Positions 13,948 to 28,264 of a stretch of 64,000 nt of DNA are shown here, one piece after another. Within the stretch, counting starts at the first letter, position 1; the number at the start of each line of letters is the position of its first letter. The DNA comes from the human T2T-CHM13v2.0 reference genome, Homo sapiens: NCBI RefSeq assembly GCF_009914755.1, contig NC_060937.1. One strand, given 5' to 3'. A model generated the notes under the pieces. It searched no databases. It saw only the letters and a list, made by a program, of their open reading frames with translations, and had not been told where the DNA came from. The translations under genes and the position numbers were made by a program.

Positions 13948-14486
13948 TAAATTTTAAAGGTTTACTTTGGAAAAGAAAACAGAACCAATGGTCATATTTC
14001 CCTTTGTAATTATTTTAATTTCTTGTGACATTCCATGATAATTGTCATGTACTGTCACATGTGGGATTCAACCAGAGAGCCATACAGGTTTCCCTCGGAG
14101 GTCAGGGCATTACATATCTGCTCTGGATGCCCCTTTGGCCCGGCATGTCCTTTCAGCTGAACATTTGCTCTTTGAAAACTCAAATGTCCTCTTCTTTATC
14201 TACACATCTTATTGTTCCTTATGTCCTTATTCTTTCGGACCATAACTTTACCCATGTGTGTAACTATAAGAGTGCTGTAACATTTTATAACCTGCATCTG
14301 TTCCATGTCTCTCTTCCCTCTTGTCAGTTCTGCTACGGCATGGAATCACACTGGACTCACCACTTTATCCTCAGCTCTGTCATCTGAACCACATTGAATA
14401 CGAACCTGCCTCTACCTGCTCTACTTGTGCATCCTAGTGTTCTTACTCCTTAAGCTCTTACAGTTGAGTTTGCATCATAATATTTC

Positions 14487-14772
14487 TTTCTTTCTTTTTC
14501 TTTTTCTTTTTTTTTTTTTTTTTTTTTGTGATGGAGTTTCGCTCTGTCACCCAGGCTGGAGTGAAGAGGCGCGATCTCGGCTTACTGCAACTTCTGCCCC
14601 CTGGGTTCAAGAAATTCTCCTGCCTCAGCCTCCCAAGTAGCTGGGATTACAGGCACCTGCCACTACGCCCAGCTTTTTTGTATTTTTAGTAAAGATGGGG
14701 TTTCACCATGTTGGCCTGGTTGGTCTCGAACTCCTGACCTCGTCATCTGCCTGCCTCTGCCTCCCAAAGTGC
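14487..14772 (-). mobile_element. Alu (AluS-like), 5'-truncated by about 30 nt
   Basis: Body stops at cccaaagtgc; 16-bp TSD tgcatcataatatttc at 14471 and 14770. Confidence 0.95.
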
Positions 14773-14926
14773 ATCATAATATTTCCTGGTAATTTGATTG
14801 CTATTAGTAAGAGCCTCAGAATTAGAGCTTTACGGTATTTTAATTCTTTCAAGTAACTTCTTGGGCAATAATTTTATATCATATAAGAGATATAATATTT
14901 CACAGAACACATTTTATTATAATTAA

Positions 14927-15230
<304 letters not shown>

Positions 15231-15710
15231 TTAAAATTTTTTGGTGAAAATAAATATAACAAAATAGATTAAATATTATTACCCTTTATAAAATATCATA
15301 TGAGTAATAATAGTTGCTTTTTCTTGAATGAAATTTTTAGCATCCTTACCTAGGCTTGGAAATTTTTTTCTTTAGCTTTCCCACCTGAGATCTAGCCAAA
15401 AGTATGATCCTAGCTTTGCTCTTACTTCAATTTACCCTCTTCCACTTTACTTACATCATAAGCAGGTTTTTAAATTGTTTGCAGAGAATGTAACTGTTTG
15501 ACATAGAAACACCTTTGGAAGCAGTCACTGAGAATGTTATTATGACATGTTTCTTGCTGCATTGGCACCCTTTAGGATAAGCTCTTACCATCCACCTTCC
15601 TATTCCTTGCCATGCACACAATCATTGTTGTTCTTCGAGTCAGAAGCTTGTGAAGTTCTCTTGGTTCTATATTATTTTGCCCATATTCATATATTCATTA
15701 AGTTATTTTA

Positions 15711-16076
15711 TGTATTAGTCCATTTTCACACTCCTGTGAAGACATACCTGAGACTGGGTAATTTATAAAGGAAAGAAGTTTAATTGGTTCACAGTTCAGC
15801 ATGGGTGGCGAGGCCTCATGAAACCTTCAATCATGGTGGAAGATGAAGAAAACATGTCCTTCTTCACATGGCAGCAGCAAGGGAAGAATGAGTAAAAGAG
15901 AAAAAGCCTCTTGTAAAACCATCAGATCTTGTGAACTTACCATCAAGAGAACAGTATGGGGGAAACTGCCTCCATGATTCAATTACCTCCCACCAGGTCC
16001 CTCCCATCACACATGGGGATTGTGGGAACTAGAATTCAAGATGAGATTTGGGTGGGGACAAAGTCAAACCATATCT
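15711..16076 (-). mobile_element. MaLR solo LTR (THE1C-like)
   Basis: tgtattagtccattttcacac...gagactgggtaatttataaag...gagatttgggtggggaca...aaaccatatc. Confidence 0.93.
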
Positions 16077-17584
16077 TTACATATGTGTCTATGTGTGTGT
16101 CCAGTTTTTACTATGTAGTATATACTATATTCTGTGTACTCTAAAAAGTGTAGAGACTTTTAGAGAAAATAAAAAGTAGATAGGAAAGTAGAGTGGAAGA
16201 AATATAACACTATTTTGGCCCCATGATGGTCAGCTTTTGTAAAGTTGGATTTGTACTGTGGATTCTAGATTTTGTTTTCAGTTTTAATCTGACTTTGTCC
16301 CCCAGTTGACCCTTATACTCCTCCCTTCATCCAAGATCTGGATTCTTAGTCTTGCTCTGATCTGCCTGCTTTCATTATATGGCTGGTACTGCCTTCTGGT
16401 TTCTTCTCCAGTGCTAGCTACTGCTTGTGCCATAACTAATCCCTGAGAAGGATATATATTCACTAATATATTTTGTAGTTGCATATTTATTTGCAACATC
16501 AATTTGCTTGTGCATAAAATATTTGTAATTTCAATCCTGCACAATTTATGAGTCTCTTATACTCTAAAAATGATTAAATTATCAATGCAGGGTTTTAACA
16601 TTTAAAACTCAGTGTAACGACTTCTCAATCATTAAGATAATCTGAAGAAAATTTTAAAATTTCTCTCTGTCTCACACACACACCCACACACACAAACACA
16701 CAATCACCAACAAACATGAGGGACTATATATATAAATTAGACCAACTTCTTACTAAGAACAGTTAGGAAATCTCCAAAACATTTACAAACATTTGCTTGA
16801 AGATATCAGAGAGCCAGCCTGCTAACAAATAATTATAGGACCAAAGTCCAAGAGAAAAATGAAACCCAGGATGCTAAATTAGGCTTAGGGAGGCTTTCTT
16901 GCTTGTGTTTTCAGATTCTGGAAGAGGCAAGTGAGAAGTTTGCCTTGGTGTAGACAAAATGTCTACACCAAGTAGACATTTTAACAGATTCACAGGGCTG
17001 CAGTGGGGGAATAGAACTTGGAAGTTAGTACTTGCCATGGCAGTGGTTTAGACTCCAAAGATCTTGTCCTTAGGTGTAAGCTAATAGTAGAAATAAAGTG
17101 TTTCTCCTTGGAATGGAAACCAGACATAGAACAATCTCAGTTCCTGATTATATCAAATGGATATGGACTTGCTAATATTTCTGGTAAACTCCAAAGGATC
17201 AAAATAAAATATTCTCTGGAGAAAGATAATATCATCACAGGCTTCAAGTTATCTCTTTAATTTTCCATATAAAACAGCTGGTAGTCAAACAAACAAACAA
17301 CAGCAGCAACAACAACAACAAAACAGACATGAGAACACTTGAAAACATGATAGAAAACTAAAGAAACAAAAGATAGAGACTCACAGAGGTTCCAGACAAT
17401 GGAAATATCAAACACAAACTTGAAAAAAATGATGTGTAATTTTTTTAGGATATGGAAACACAAGATTGAGATTTTTGGCAATGTAAGTTAGATTTAACAG
17501 CAGAAAATTATTTAATGTAATTTCCCACTTTGAAAGATCAAAGGAGGGCAATTATGGCATCCTGTCAATGTAAACACAAGCTCA

Positions 17585-17911
<327 letters not shown>

Positions 17912-18784
17912 TTATAGTAAAAACATTTAGCATCTAGGAATAGAAGTCCATTTGATAAAGATAGCTATAAAGGAATCCTACTGCAAACATTATACTTAAT
18001 AATAAAATGCTGACAGCCTTCTCTCTTAGAGTGGAAAGGAGAAAATTATGTTCACTATCACCACTTCTATTCAAATGTTATCAGATGTGTAGAGAAAGAA
18101 GGTAAGTAAAAGAAATAAAAGGAATATAGTTGGAAAGGAACAAACAAAACTATTATTCACTGACAATATGTTTATATATTCCATGATGTATATTTGAACT
18201 ATTAAAATTAATAAGTGAATTTAGCCAAGGTTGTGAACATGAGGTTAATATTAAAACATGATTTGAATACACCAATAATAAAATAAACTTTACCAAGAAT
18301 ATATGCCAAGACCGAAATATACCAACAATAAAATAATATTTAAAAGAGACATGTCCTTGAAAATGGCACAAAAGTATCAAATGTTATACCTAGTACTGAT
18401 CATATTCCTACATGGGAAAGGTGAAATATTATTGAAGAAAAGCAGATACACAAACTCAGAATAATCGCAATCAAAATTTTGTCAAGGTTTTTTTTTGTTA
18501 GAAACTGAAATGCTGATTTCAAAATGTATATGTTAATGAAAGGTGACAAGAATAAGTAAAATAGCTGAGACACCCTTGAAGAAAGAGGCAGGAGGACTTA
18601 CACTTTCTGATATCAAGAGTCTAAATTTCTTGATTGCTGTGATTCTCAAGATCCTTAAATGTAAAGTGCAGATAAAAAAATAGGATTTTTTGAAGGTGAA
18701 ATGAGATAGTGCAATACTTACCAGTGTACCAGGTATGTTGCAAAAGCTTAAAACGTAGAAATTATTATATTATTTATGTCATCT

Positions 18785-19140
18785 TATTATGAGCTGAACT
18801 GTATCTTCCCCAAATTTGTATGTAATCCCTGCTACCTCAGAATGTGACTGTATTTGGAGATAGGGCCTGTAAAGAGCTGGTTAAGTTAGAATGAAGCCAT
18901 CAAGAGGCCCAAATCTAATATGACTGATGTCCTTGTAAGAAGTGGAAATTGGGACACATGCACAGAGGGAAGGCCATTGGAAAACACAGGGAGAAGATGG
19001 CCATCTGCAAGCGAAAGAGAGGCCGCCGAAGAAACCAGTCCTGAAGACACCCTGATCTTGGACTTCTGGCCTCCAGAATTCTGAGAAAATAAATTTCTGT
19101 TGTTTAAGAAATTGTTAAGTTTTTTTTTGCGAAGTTACAG
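18785..19140 (+). mobile_element. MaLR solo LTR (MLT1B-like)
   Basis: acctcagaatgtgactgtatttggagataggg...gatcttggacttctggcctccagaa...aaataaatttctgttgtttaag. Confidence 0.9.
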
Positions 19141-19455
19141 TAAATAAGATACTATTGGTGCCCAATGAGATAGAATCCAGTCATGTAGAAATACATTCAA
19201 AAACATATGAAAATTTGATTTAAGGTAATTTTTCTGTTTTGATAAATTTGCTGGTTGGGTTAAACAATCCAAAGAGGAAAAAATAAAACTTATCTCTAGA
19301 ACATACATACAAAAAATCAATTCTATGTGAATGTTGATGCAAATGTAAAAGATAAACTATCAGTAAATATCTTCATAATTTTAGGATAAGGAATACTTTT
19401 TTTAGAAAGACATAAAATTCATTGATAATATAAGAGAAAATTTGGACTATATTAA

Positions 19456-19760
<305 letters not shown>

Positions 19761-20815
19761 CAAAACTAAGAACTTTTGTTGATAAAGATTCCATTAGAGA
19801 ATGAAAGGTAAATCACAAATAGGAGTGGATGTTTGCAACATGCATAACCAAATAACAAAAATATAAGACATCCCTATAAATCAATAGAAAAAAGACAAGC
19901 CATTTTTGAAATGGCAAGTTCTTGAACAGGCATTCTACAAAATAGGATATCCAGATGACTAATAAACATAACAAAGGTGTTCAATCTCAATTAGTATCAG
20001 AGAAATGCAAATTAATGGCTCAAATATGAAAAGATTGCCAATACTAAATGTTGACAAGATGATGAATTCTCATATACTACTGGTAGTAACATAGATTAGC
20101 ACCATCATTTTGGAGACAGTTCACTAATTTTGAACATATGCATACTATAACCCAGCAATCCCACTTCTGTGTATATACCCAAAAGAAATGCATATACATG
20201 AAGACTAAGAGAGATGTAAAACAAAGTTCATAACAGCATTATTTGTAATACTCAAAAAGTGGAGACAACTCCCATGCCTATCCATACTAAAATGAATGTA
20301 TAGATTGTAGTCCACTTATGCAATGAAACACTGCAGCAATGAATATGAATGTACTGTAACTACTCTCAAAAACATGGGTGAATCTTACCATCATGATGAT
20401 GAGCAAAAGGAATGAGGTATACTGTGCAATTATATTAACAGTTAATATGCAGCTCAAAAATATGCAAAAAAAATCTGTGGCGTTTGACCCAAAATAGTGG
20501 TTGTGTTTGGGGGGTGGAGGGAGCAGCTGCAAGAAGGACCACAAAGAAGTCTTCCAAGATTCTGGTGATGGTGCTTTTTGTGAGTGTTTGTCTGAACTGT
20601 CCACTGCTTATGTGTGTTATGCTTTTAAAAATTAGAATATGCACATAGTTTGCAGTTGAGCTCTGTGTATTAACTTCTGTCTACGTCTTCTGAGGTTTTC
20701 TCTTTTCATTTTACTGTTTAAGTCATATTAACATGTGAAAAAGTAAAAACCTGAGTTAAATTTTGAAAAAAGAAAAAACAAGAAACTATATTCTTCTTTA
20801 AAGAATTGATTTCTT

Positions 20816-20942
20816 GGCTGGCCTGAGGGTAGTGGATTATCAGAACTTATTAACATCAGTGTTACTGAAGTTGGTGTACAACCCCCCACCCCCCACCCCA
20901 CTGGTAAATTTGACTGGCTTTTTATAAAAAAATTTAAAAAAA
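20816..20942 (+). pseudogene. RNY4P: Y4 RNA (hY4) processed pseudogene
   Basis: ggctggcctgagggtagtggattatcagaacttattaacatcagtgttactgaagttggtgtacaacccccc...actggtaaatttgactggcttttt matches hY4 end to end; A-rich tail; TSD gatttctt at 20808 and 20943. Confidence 0.93.
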
Positions 20943-21225
20943 GATTTCTTGATCTTATTCAAGATAAACATTGTCTTGCATGTACTGTCCTTTTTTAAAA
21001 CTTAAATTAATTGCACGATTCTGCTTTAAATATGATAGACAAACAATTTGCGGCTTACAATAGAGCCCAGTTTTATATAGACTTATTTATTTATGTAAAT
21101 GTTCTTAAGCTTCAAGTTTCCATGATATAATCTTTTGAATTAACTTCTCACTTCCCTAGTATGTGTTACCTGGCTATATGTAGGAATATAAGATTGTTTC
21201 AAAGGGCATACTAGTTAAGGACAAG

Positions 21226-21379
21226 GGTATTAGTCTGTTTTCACACTGCTATAAAGAACTACCTGAGACTGGGTCATTTATAAAGAAAGAGCTTTAATTG
21301 ACTGACAGTTTCATATGGCTGACAAGGCCTCAGGAAACTTACAATCATGGCAGAAGGGGAAGGGGAATGCAAGGCAGCA

Positions 21380-21465
<86 letters not shown>

Positions 21466-21636
21466 GAAGTGCTACATTTTTAAACCATCAGATCTCATGA
21501 GAACTCACTATCATGAGAACATCATGGGGGGACTGCCCCCATGATCCAATCACCCCCCAGCAGGTCCCTTTCTTGATATGTGGGGATTATAATTCAAGAT
21601 GAGATTTGGGTGGGGACACAGAGCCAAACCATATCA
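21226..21636 (-). mobile_element. MaLR solo LTR (THE1D/MSTA-like) containing a (TA)n(GA)n microsatellite
   Basis: gtattagtctgttttcacactgct...gagatttgggtggggacacagagccaaaccatatca; perfect TSD acaag at 21221 and 21637. Confidence 0.93.
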
Positions 21637-23239
21637 ACAAGTCTTGAGTTATATTGCACAATATTGATTTTGTGGTCTTGGGAAGAGTTCTTTAACTTTT
21701 GATTAGTTTCAGTATTCAAAATGGAAATATTTGGTAGATATGCAACCTTACGATTAAAAATGTAAATACATTTAGACATATGTTTATAATAAATTTGGGG
21801 TAACAGGCTAGGTATATTAGACATGTAGGAAGAAACATTTCTTGTATTAACAAAAATCAGAATTATGAGCTGAAATTATAGAGAAGTGAAAAGCAACTTC
21901 TAAAATGTTTCAATAGTATTTGTACTAGAAAATCAGTTTTCAAGCTGCTCTAGTAATGTCTAGTTATTGGTAACTCCATTGTTTTGCAAACAACTCAAAC
22001 TTCTTTGATTTTTCTGGGTGGTATACTTATGCGTTAATAACGAAGTTTTGGAAATTTATGTTTTAGGCTATTTATAGTGTTATTTTAAGATGAAATGAGT
22101 TATTTACAGATAGAACTTGCTTTAAAGTCATTTGATATACAGAGTATAAGTATACAACTAAATCGAAGATTACTGTTTTTTAAATGTCTCTTTGCAAACA
22201 GTAGTTTCCTAGTATCTGACAAATGATCTAAGCATGACCTTTTCAAGTCTATATTTATGCATAAAATAAGGCATATTTGTATTGTTGTCCTCATATAAAA
22301 ATCTTTTTTAACTAAAATAAGCAATGTGTCAGTCAGTTTGGCTAGGGAACTGTTTTTTCATTTAACCTTCAAATCAGCCTTCCTTGCCTCCCTACCTCTT
22401 ACTTCCTACATTTTGACATTCATTCAGCAAATATTTTAGAGGGACTTCTTCCTTATCTTTCTCTTTTATGAAACATTTTACAGGTTTCTGTAGTACACAC
22501 TGATGGTTCTTGTCTTAATCATATTACATTTATGTTTTGAAATATCATTTTATTATGTTTTACTCTTTAGCTGTTTTACGAATTCTCTTCTTCTAATGAG
22601 ATCATAAATTCCTGAAAGCGGGAACTGCCTTTTCTTATTCTCCCACATATCAAAGAACAGAATGTACTCAAGACACCCTCATGAAAGAGAGTTTTATGGT
22701 TGAAGACTTAAGCTTGTGTGAATGAAGTCTAACACTTTTGAGAGATCATTGTTTATCAAATGTCTCCTGCATTGTATATTATGCTTGCTCTATGCTATTA
22801 AAGTAATGAGATTTCTGACTCAGTACTCATAATGTGGAACCTTGCAGTAAGAAATGATGAACAGCTTCAAATCACCTTTAATGTTAGCTTCACATTGAAA
22901 CCACTGCAAATCATCTATGCTACCTTATACAAATTGAGTGTATTTGAAAGGCTAAATTGAGCAGTGGAAACTAACAGCACTGGTGTACTCTTCTTTTGGC
23001 TGGGAGTTGGAGAGGCGTCTTTTCATCTACAGGTGATTTGCATTTTCAGAGACTGGCTAATGCTCATAAAACATTAGAAATCTATACATACAGCTATGGT
23101 AAATATTCTTAGGCCTCAAATTTGTACCCTATGACCTTTAGAATTTACTTCCCACTTTGCAGTCATATGCTACCTGGCTACATGTAGGAATTTCAGATTG
23201 TTCCAAAGAGCATACCAATTAAGAACAAGTTTCTGCTGT

Positions 23240-23375
23240 CACACTGCCAAATATTGACTAAGTGGCTTTGGGAGAGTTCCTTAATTTCTCTGAGCCTCAT
23301 TTTGCATTGCTGAGTAGAGGGAATGATAGTGCCACTTTTATGAGAGAGTTGGAGGATTAGAGGAGATAATCCTAA
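23240..23375 (+). mobile_element. MIR fragment
   Basis: tttgggagagttccttaatttctctgagcctcattt...gggaatgatagt MIR core. Confidence 0.7.
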
Positions 23376-23419
23376 ACAATTTTTCCCCCTCTACAGGTGA
23401 TGTATTCTCCTCATATCAC

Positions 23420-24400
23420 ACAGAAAATAAAATAGGTGAGAACTTTCTAACTTAAAAATTATACCCTCAAATTTAAATTGATTTCATACATCTTCACCTA
23501 TCCTTTCTTCCTGCCATTCATCTCTAAACAAGAGGGACCTCTTTTCCTTTGCAAAGTCAGTGCTAGACTTGTGCTCTTGATCTCTCTTTCTTCTTTACCT
23601 TTATAACCTTCTTGTGTTGTTTATCCCTTGTGTCATTGCATTTTCAGTTTCTTTCATTCTTTTGGCTCTGGCACTTTCTTTCCAGCCTATAAAATTGTTT
23701 GTAGGCTAAAAATTTGACCTGGCAGCCATTGGAGCTGCTGTGTCATTGTCTTCTTCCCTTTTTACCAAACTTAAAATAATTTCTGCATACTGTATGGATT
23801 TTACCAACTTTCCCTTTAGTTAATATAGTCACTGAATAATCCAAACTTATTACAAAAAATTAGGGGTGGAAAATTTTCTCCCATTATCTCTTCAACTCAC
23901 CAATCTGACTTCTACATCCACTTTATTGAAATGACTTTGCCAAAGATCACCAATAAAGCTTTAGTTTCCAACTGCCTAATTTTTGTGCAGTATTTGATGT
24001 CTTTGACCGTCTCTTCCTACCCTTGATAGCTCCTCACTGACTTTCTCTTTCAAACTGTTTTTTTATGATAACACTTTTCTAATCCTCCTGCCTTTTAAAA
24101 AACTACCTTTGACTCTCATTCCTCTTCTTTAATTTTAAGTATTGTATATTTCTTGGGTTTCCTCCTTTGCCTTTCCCCACTTCCTTTTCTTCCGTACTTT
24201 TTTTCTGACTTTCTCTCTCTCTCTCCCCACCACCTGTTTCTGGATCATCTATCTGCAACTACAAACTCAGGAGGAAACAGGCTACTGTGTTCAGTAAGCA
24301 TCTCAAAGTGAGCCTGTCCAAGACAGCTTCTCTGTTTCCTCTCTAGACCTGACCATCACCCTCTCTCTCTGGACCATTGCAATGATCTCTAAATGACTCT
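23420..24400 (+). mobile_element. L2 LINE fragments
   Basis: ttgaaatgactttgccaaagatcaccaat resembles the L2 RT TETAL.KVTND segment; pyrimidine-rich L2 text; boundaries approximate. Confidence 0.6.
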
Positions 24401-25764
24401 CACTACTTCAGGTGGTGAGAAGGGATAGGAAGGAGAGATCTATAAACACAGAACTAAGAATTCCTTTATCATTCCCCCAATGAGCAAAAAGTTACTGGTT
24501 AGTACTGATTGACAAAGGGTACAATTTTCAGTCCTTCACTCAAAAAGTCAACTTCATCATCTTAGATTTACTCAAGTTTGTGAGTTGCCTTATGAGGATC
24601 TGAGTGTCTGGGTGGCCATGTGGCTAGAAATATTCTATTAGATCCTTATTTAATTTGAATATGTGTATAAATAATGCGTGATTAGACTCAAAGATGTAGG
24701 GATTCAAACTATATCTTCTATGAATTTCTATATCTCTTCCTTGCTAAATTTTTAACTATGGGTATCTTCTATGGAGAAATTATATTAAATACTCTTCAGT
24801 CCTATAGTGTGTAACCTTGGAGTTTGATAATTCAGGTGTACTACATTAAAATTTAAAACTTTCTTTAAAAAGTATTATGTAAATGCTTTTGAATTTCTAG
24901 AATTTATATATCTTATTAATTTCAATATTTTGTTTTATAAATATATATATGACCTTTCATATCACAAACTGCTATTTATTTGAGTTATAGGCATACTTAG
25001 AAAATAAGAAAAAGTTCTTTATTTTTATTTTTATTGAGAGGAAAAATTCTTTATTTGATAACATGGATTATCAAATTACCCTATCAAATAAATATAAAAT
25101 ACCAAGTAATATTTCTAATATATTTAAAAGGAATATTTGATTAAGCTTGCCATTTTTGATTATTACGGCTTATTTCACAAATATTTAATGACTCATAAGA
25201 TCTTCAAATTATTCCCCTCAATAACATTCGATTTTCTTCACCTATTTGTTAATAATTTAGCAATCCAACTGGAAAACATGAACATATATGGCATAATATG
25301 TTTTCCTATATTTTCTCTTAATAAACTAATGCCATGCCTGTATATGTTTGTTTATGTTCCAGCTATAAGAATTTAATGTGTTTCTTTGAGATCCCTTTAC
25401 CCAGAAATAAATTATCTTACCCTTGGTAATATATTAGTAAATTTAATAGTCCTCTGAAGTAAAATAAAAATTAAGCAAATTTACTACAAAAATAATCTTG
25501 TTTGCTCAAGAACATTGAATGTATGCATTTCCACACATTGAGTCACCACTGCTTTTCCCAGGGGCTTAATTTTACATGTTTCATTTTGTCCTCTTAGAAC
25601 TTACTACTTCTTTCCCTTTTTACTCATTCCCTCTTTTTCTTCTCCCTCCAAGTCCTTGTATTAATCACTGGTATGCCATCCTTTATTGTCTTATAAACTA
25701 TTTAAATAAATGGACAAATTAATTTATATGATTGAACCTCTCCTTAAAGTGAGACATAGAACTA

Positions 25765-26000
25765 AGGGCTATAATTGTGAACTCTGTAGCCAGACTGCTT
25801 GGGATCAAATTGTCTCTGTTCCTTCCTAGTTACGTGACTGTGCCTTTGTTTTCTCATCTGTAGTATGGGAATAATAATATTACCTCACAAGGTTGTAAGG
25901 AGCATTGTATTGTTGATGTTTGTAAAGCTCCTAAGACAGTGACAGGCATTTGTAAAGCTCCTAAGACAGTGATAGGCACCTCATAAGTGTTTGTTAAAGA
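25765..26000 (+). mobile_element. MIR with an internal 30-bp tandem duplication
   Basis: cagactgcttgggatcaaat...ttctcatctgtagtatgggaataataat MIR core. Confidence 0.8.
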
Positions 26001-26149
26001 CACATGTTCTTTCGGTCAACCTTCTATTCTTCTATTGCATCTAAGTAGAAAAATAGCTCCTTCCTCCTTGAGAACAAATCTTCCACCAGAAATTGGGTTA
26101 TAAGTGCTACTCACCTCCTCAGGGACCTTCTTGCTTTCATAAATTATCT

Positions 26150-28264
26150 CTTCCAATTCTGCTGAGAGGTCTGCTGCTGGCCTGATGGGGTTCCATCTAT
26201 ATCTGACTTGACCTTTCTTTCCAGCTACCGTTAGGACTTTTTCTTTTGTGTTGACCTTCGTGAATCTGATGACTATGTGCCTTGGGAGTGGTCATCTTGT
26301 GTAGTTTCTAGCCGGGGTTCTTGGTATTTTTTGAGTTTTCATGTCAACCTCTCTCATGCAATTAGGGGAATTTTCACAAACTGTATCCTCAAAGATATTT
26401 TCCAAGTTGCTTATTCTGTCTCCTTTCTCAGAAATACAAATATGTCATAGATTTGGTCTCTTTTTATAATCCCAAGTGTCTTGGAAGTTTTGTTCATTTT
26501 TTAAAATTCCTTTTTTCTGTATTTTTGTCTGAGTGTTGATTCAAATAACTCATTTTTCAAGCTCTGAGATTCCTTCCTCAGCTTAGTCTATTTGCTGTTA
26601 ATACTTTTGATTGTATTATGAAATTCTTGTAATTAATTTTTTAGCTCTAGAAGTTCAGTTTTGTTCCTTCTTAAAATGCCTATTTCGTCTTACAGCTCTT
26701 GGATTGTTTTACTGGATTCTGTGGATTCCTTTGATTGGGTTTCAACTTTCTCCTGAATCTTTATGAGCTTCCTTGCCATTCAGATTCTGAATTGTATATC
26801 TGTCATTTCAGTCATTTCAGACTGGTTAAGAACCATTGCTGGAGAGCTAGTGGACTTCTTTGGAGGTAAAGGGATACTTGCTTTTTAAATTGCCAGAGTT
26901 CTTGCACTAATTGATTCTCATCTGGGAGGGTTGGTGTTTCTTTAATTTGGGTGTAAGTTGATCATAGTCCATTGGCTTCATTTCTAGATGTTTTTAGATG
27001 GCCAAGACTCTGTATAGGGTCTTTATGGCTGAACGCTTGTCCTTGGCTTCACAGGGTGAGTATATTAGCAAAATATTTTTGGTATTATAGTTTGGGCTGT
27101 GATCCAGTAGATGGCACTTTAAGATCCATGGGTGGTGAATAGGCTCTAATTCAGCTGTGTGGCTTCTCTGTAATTCCTTGTGTGTACAGTCATGCTCTGT
27201 TGTGAGGGAGGAAGAGAGGTAACCTCCTCACCAGGTCTGCTCCCGAGCCTTGTCAGAGCCCCCTGCGACCACTGGCACTGTGCCTGCATTTCTTTTGTGA
27301 GGTGTTCTGGGCTGGGGTGCTCTTTGAGCAGAGGCCACAGCAGGGAGATAGGCCACACCCTTTGTGGGCCAGCCCTGTGGAGTGAGGCATGCCCCACTCA
27401 CACTACAGCCCACAAACTTGAGCATCTCACCCCCTTCATGCTCTGAGACTGTGGGCTCCTCTCCTGCTCTGGTGCTGGCCACAGATCTCAGCTAGGCACT
27501 CCTTAGCTGTGTGCTCCAGCCCTGGGTGCTGGGATTTTCTTGCTGCTCTATCCTCTGGACCCTTGGATTCGGGTTCCAGGTGTGCTGGGGGATCCAAAGC
27601 CTTCCTAGGTTGCTGGAAACATAATCACGTGCAGGAAAGCATCCAGGCTGGGCAGTGGAGGCTGCACCATGCACACAACCCTGTGGGGCAGCCAGGCAGG
27701 TGCCGTGGGAGGGGCTGGCAGGCAAGGGGCCTGAAGAATAGCTGTTCCCCAGTCCCATGGGGAAGTAAGTCCTGGCATGGCGGTCAGCTGAGGCAAGACA
27801 TTCTCAGAGGGAGATGGGGACCCTGGGCCAGGGGTGCCCCTGTCTATGCTCTCCTGGAGCTGTGCTGTTCACAAAGGTTCCTAGTTCCATACCGGCTGAA
27901 GACCCATCTGTGCCTATTCTCTGGGCAGATACCCACATCAGCCTAGATGTCCATGGGGGATGTGAGGCTTTCTGTAGCCAGGATCCCAGAGGTTCATCGC
28001 AAGGGTGAGCAGCCCCACATTTCCTTAACTCACCCATTTCCCAGGAGCTGTTCAGGTCCTGGAACTACCCTCAGTAATCAGGCATCTCACACAGGGTTCC
28101 TAGCCTCCTCCCTTCTCAGCCTCAGTGTCTGCGTGATGCCTTCATCCATTCTTGACATTTTCTCTTGGAGATCTGTCCCAATTATGTTAATTTACTCAAA
28201 GCCGTGGTTGCACTCAGTGGGAGTGGCCCTTACTGGGTATGTCTAGTCAGCCATCTTGTCCTCC
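26150..28264 (-). mobile_element. L1 5' UTR plus part of ORF1 (L1PB/old L1PA-like), 3' portion absent
   Basis: Reverse ORF1 text (tctgctgagaggtctgctg...gatggggttcc, ttttccaagttgctt), GC-rich 5' UTR, ends tctagtcagccatcttg (reverse of the L1 start caagatggctgactaga). Confidence 0.87.

Noticed and set aside
27146-28246. Cluster of 60-145 aa ORFs in GC-rich DNA
   Set aside because: They lie in an L1 5' UTR where GC content lowers stop frequency; no recognisable domains.
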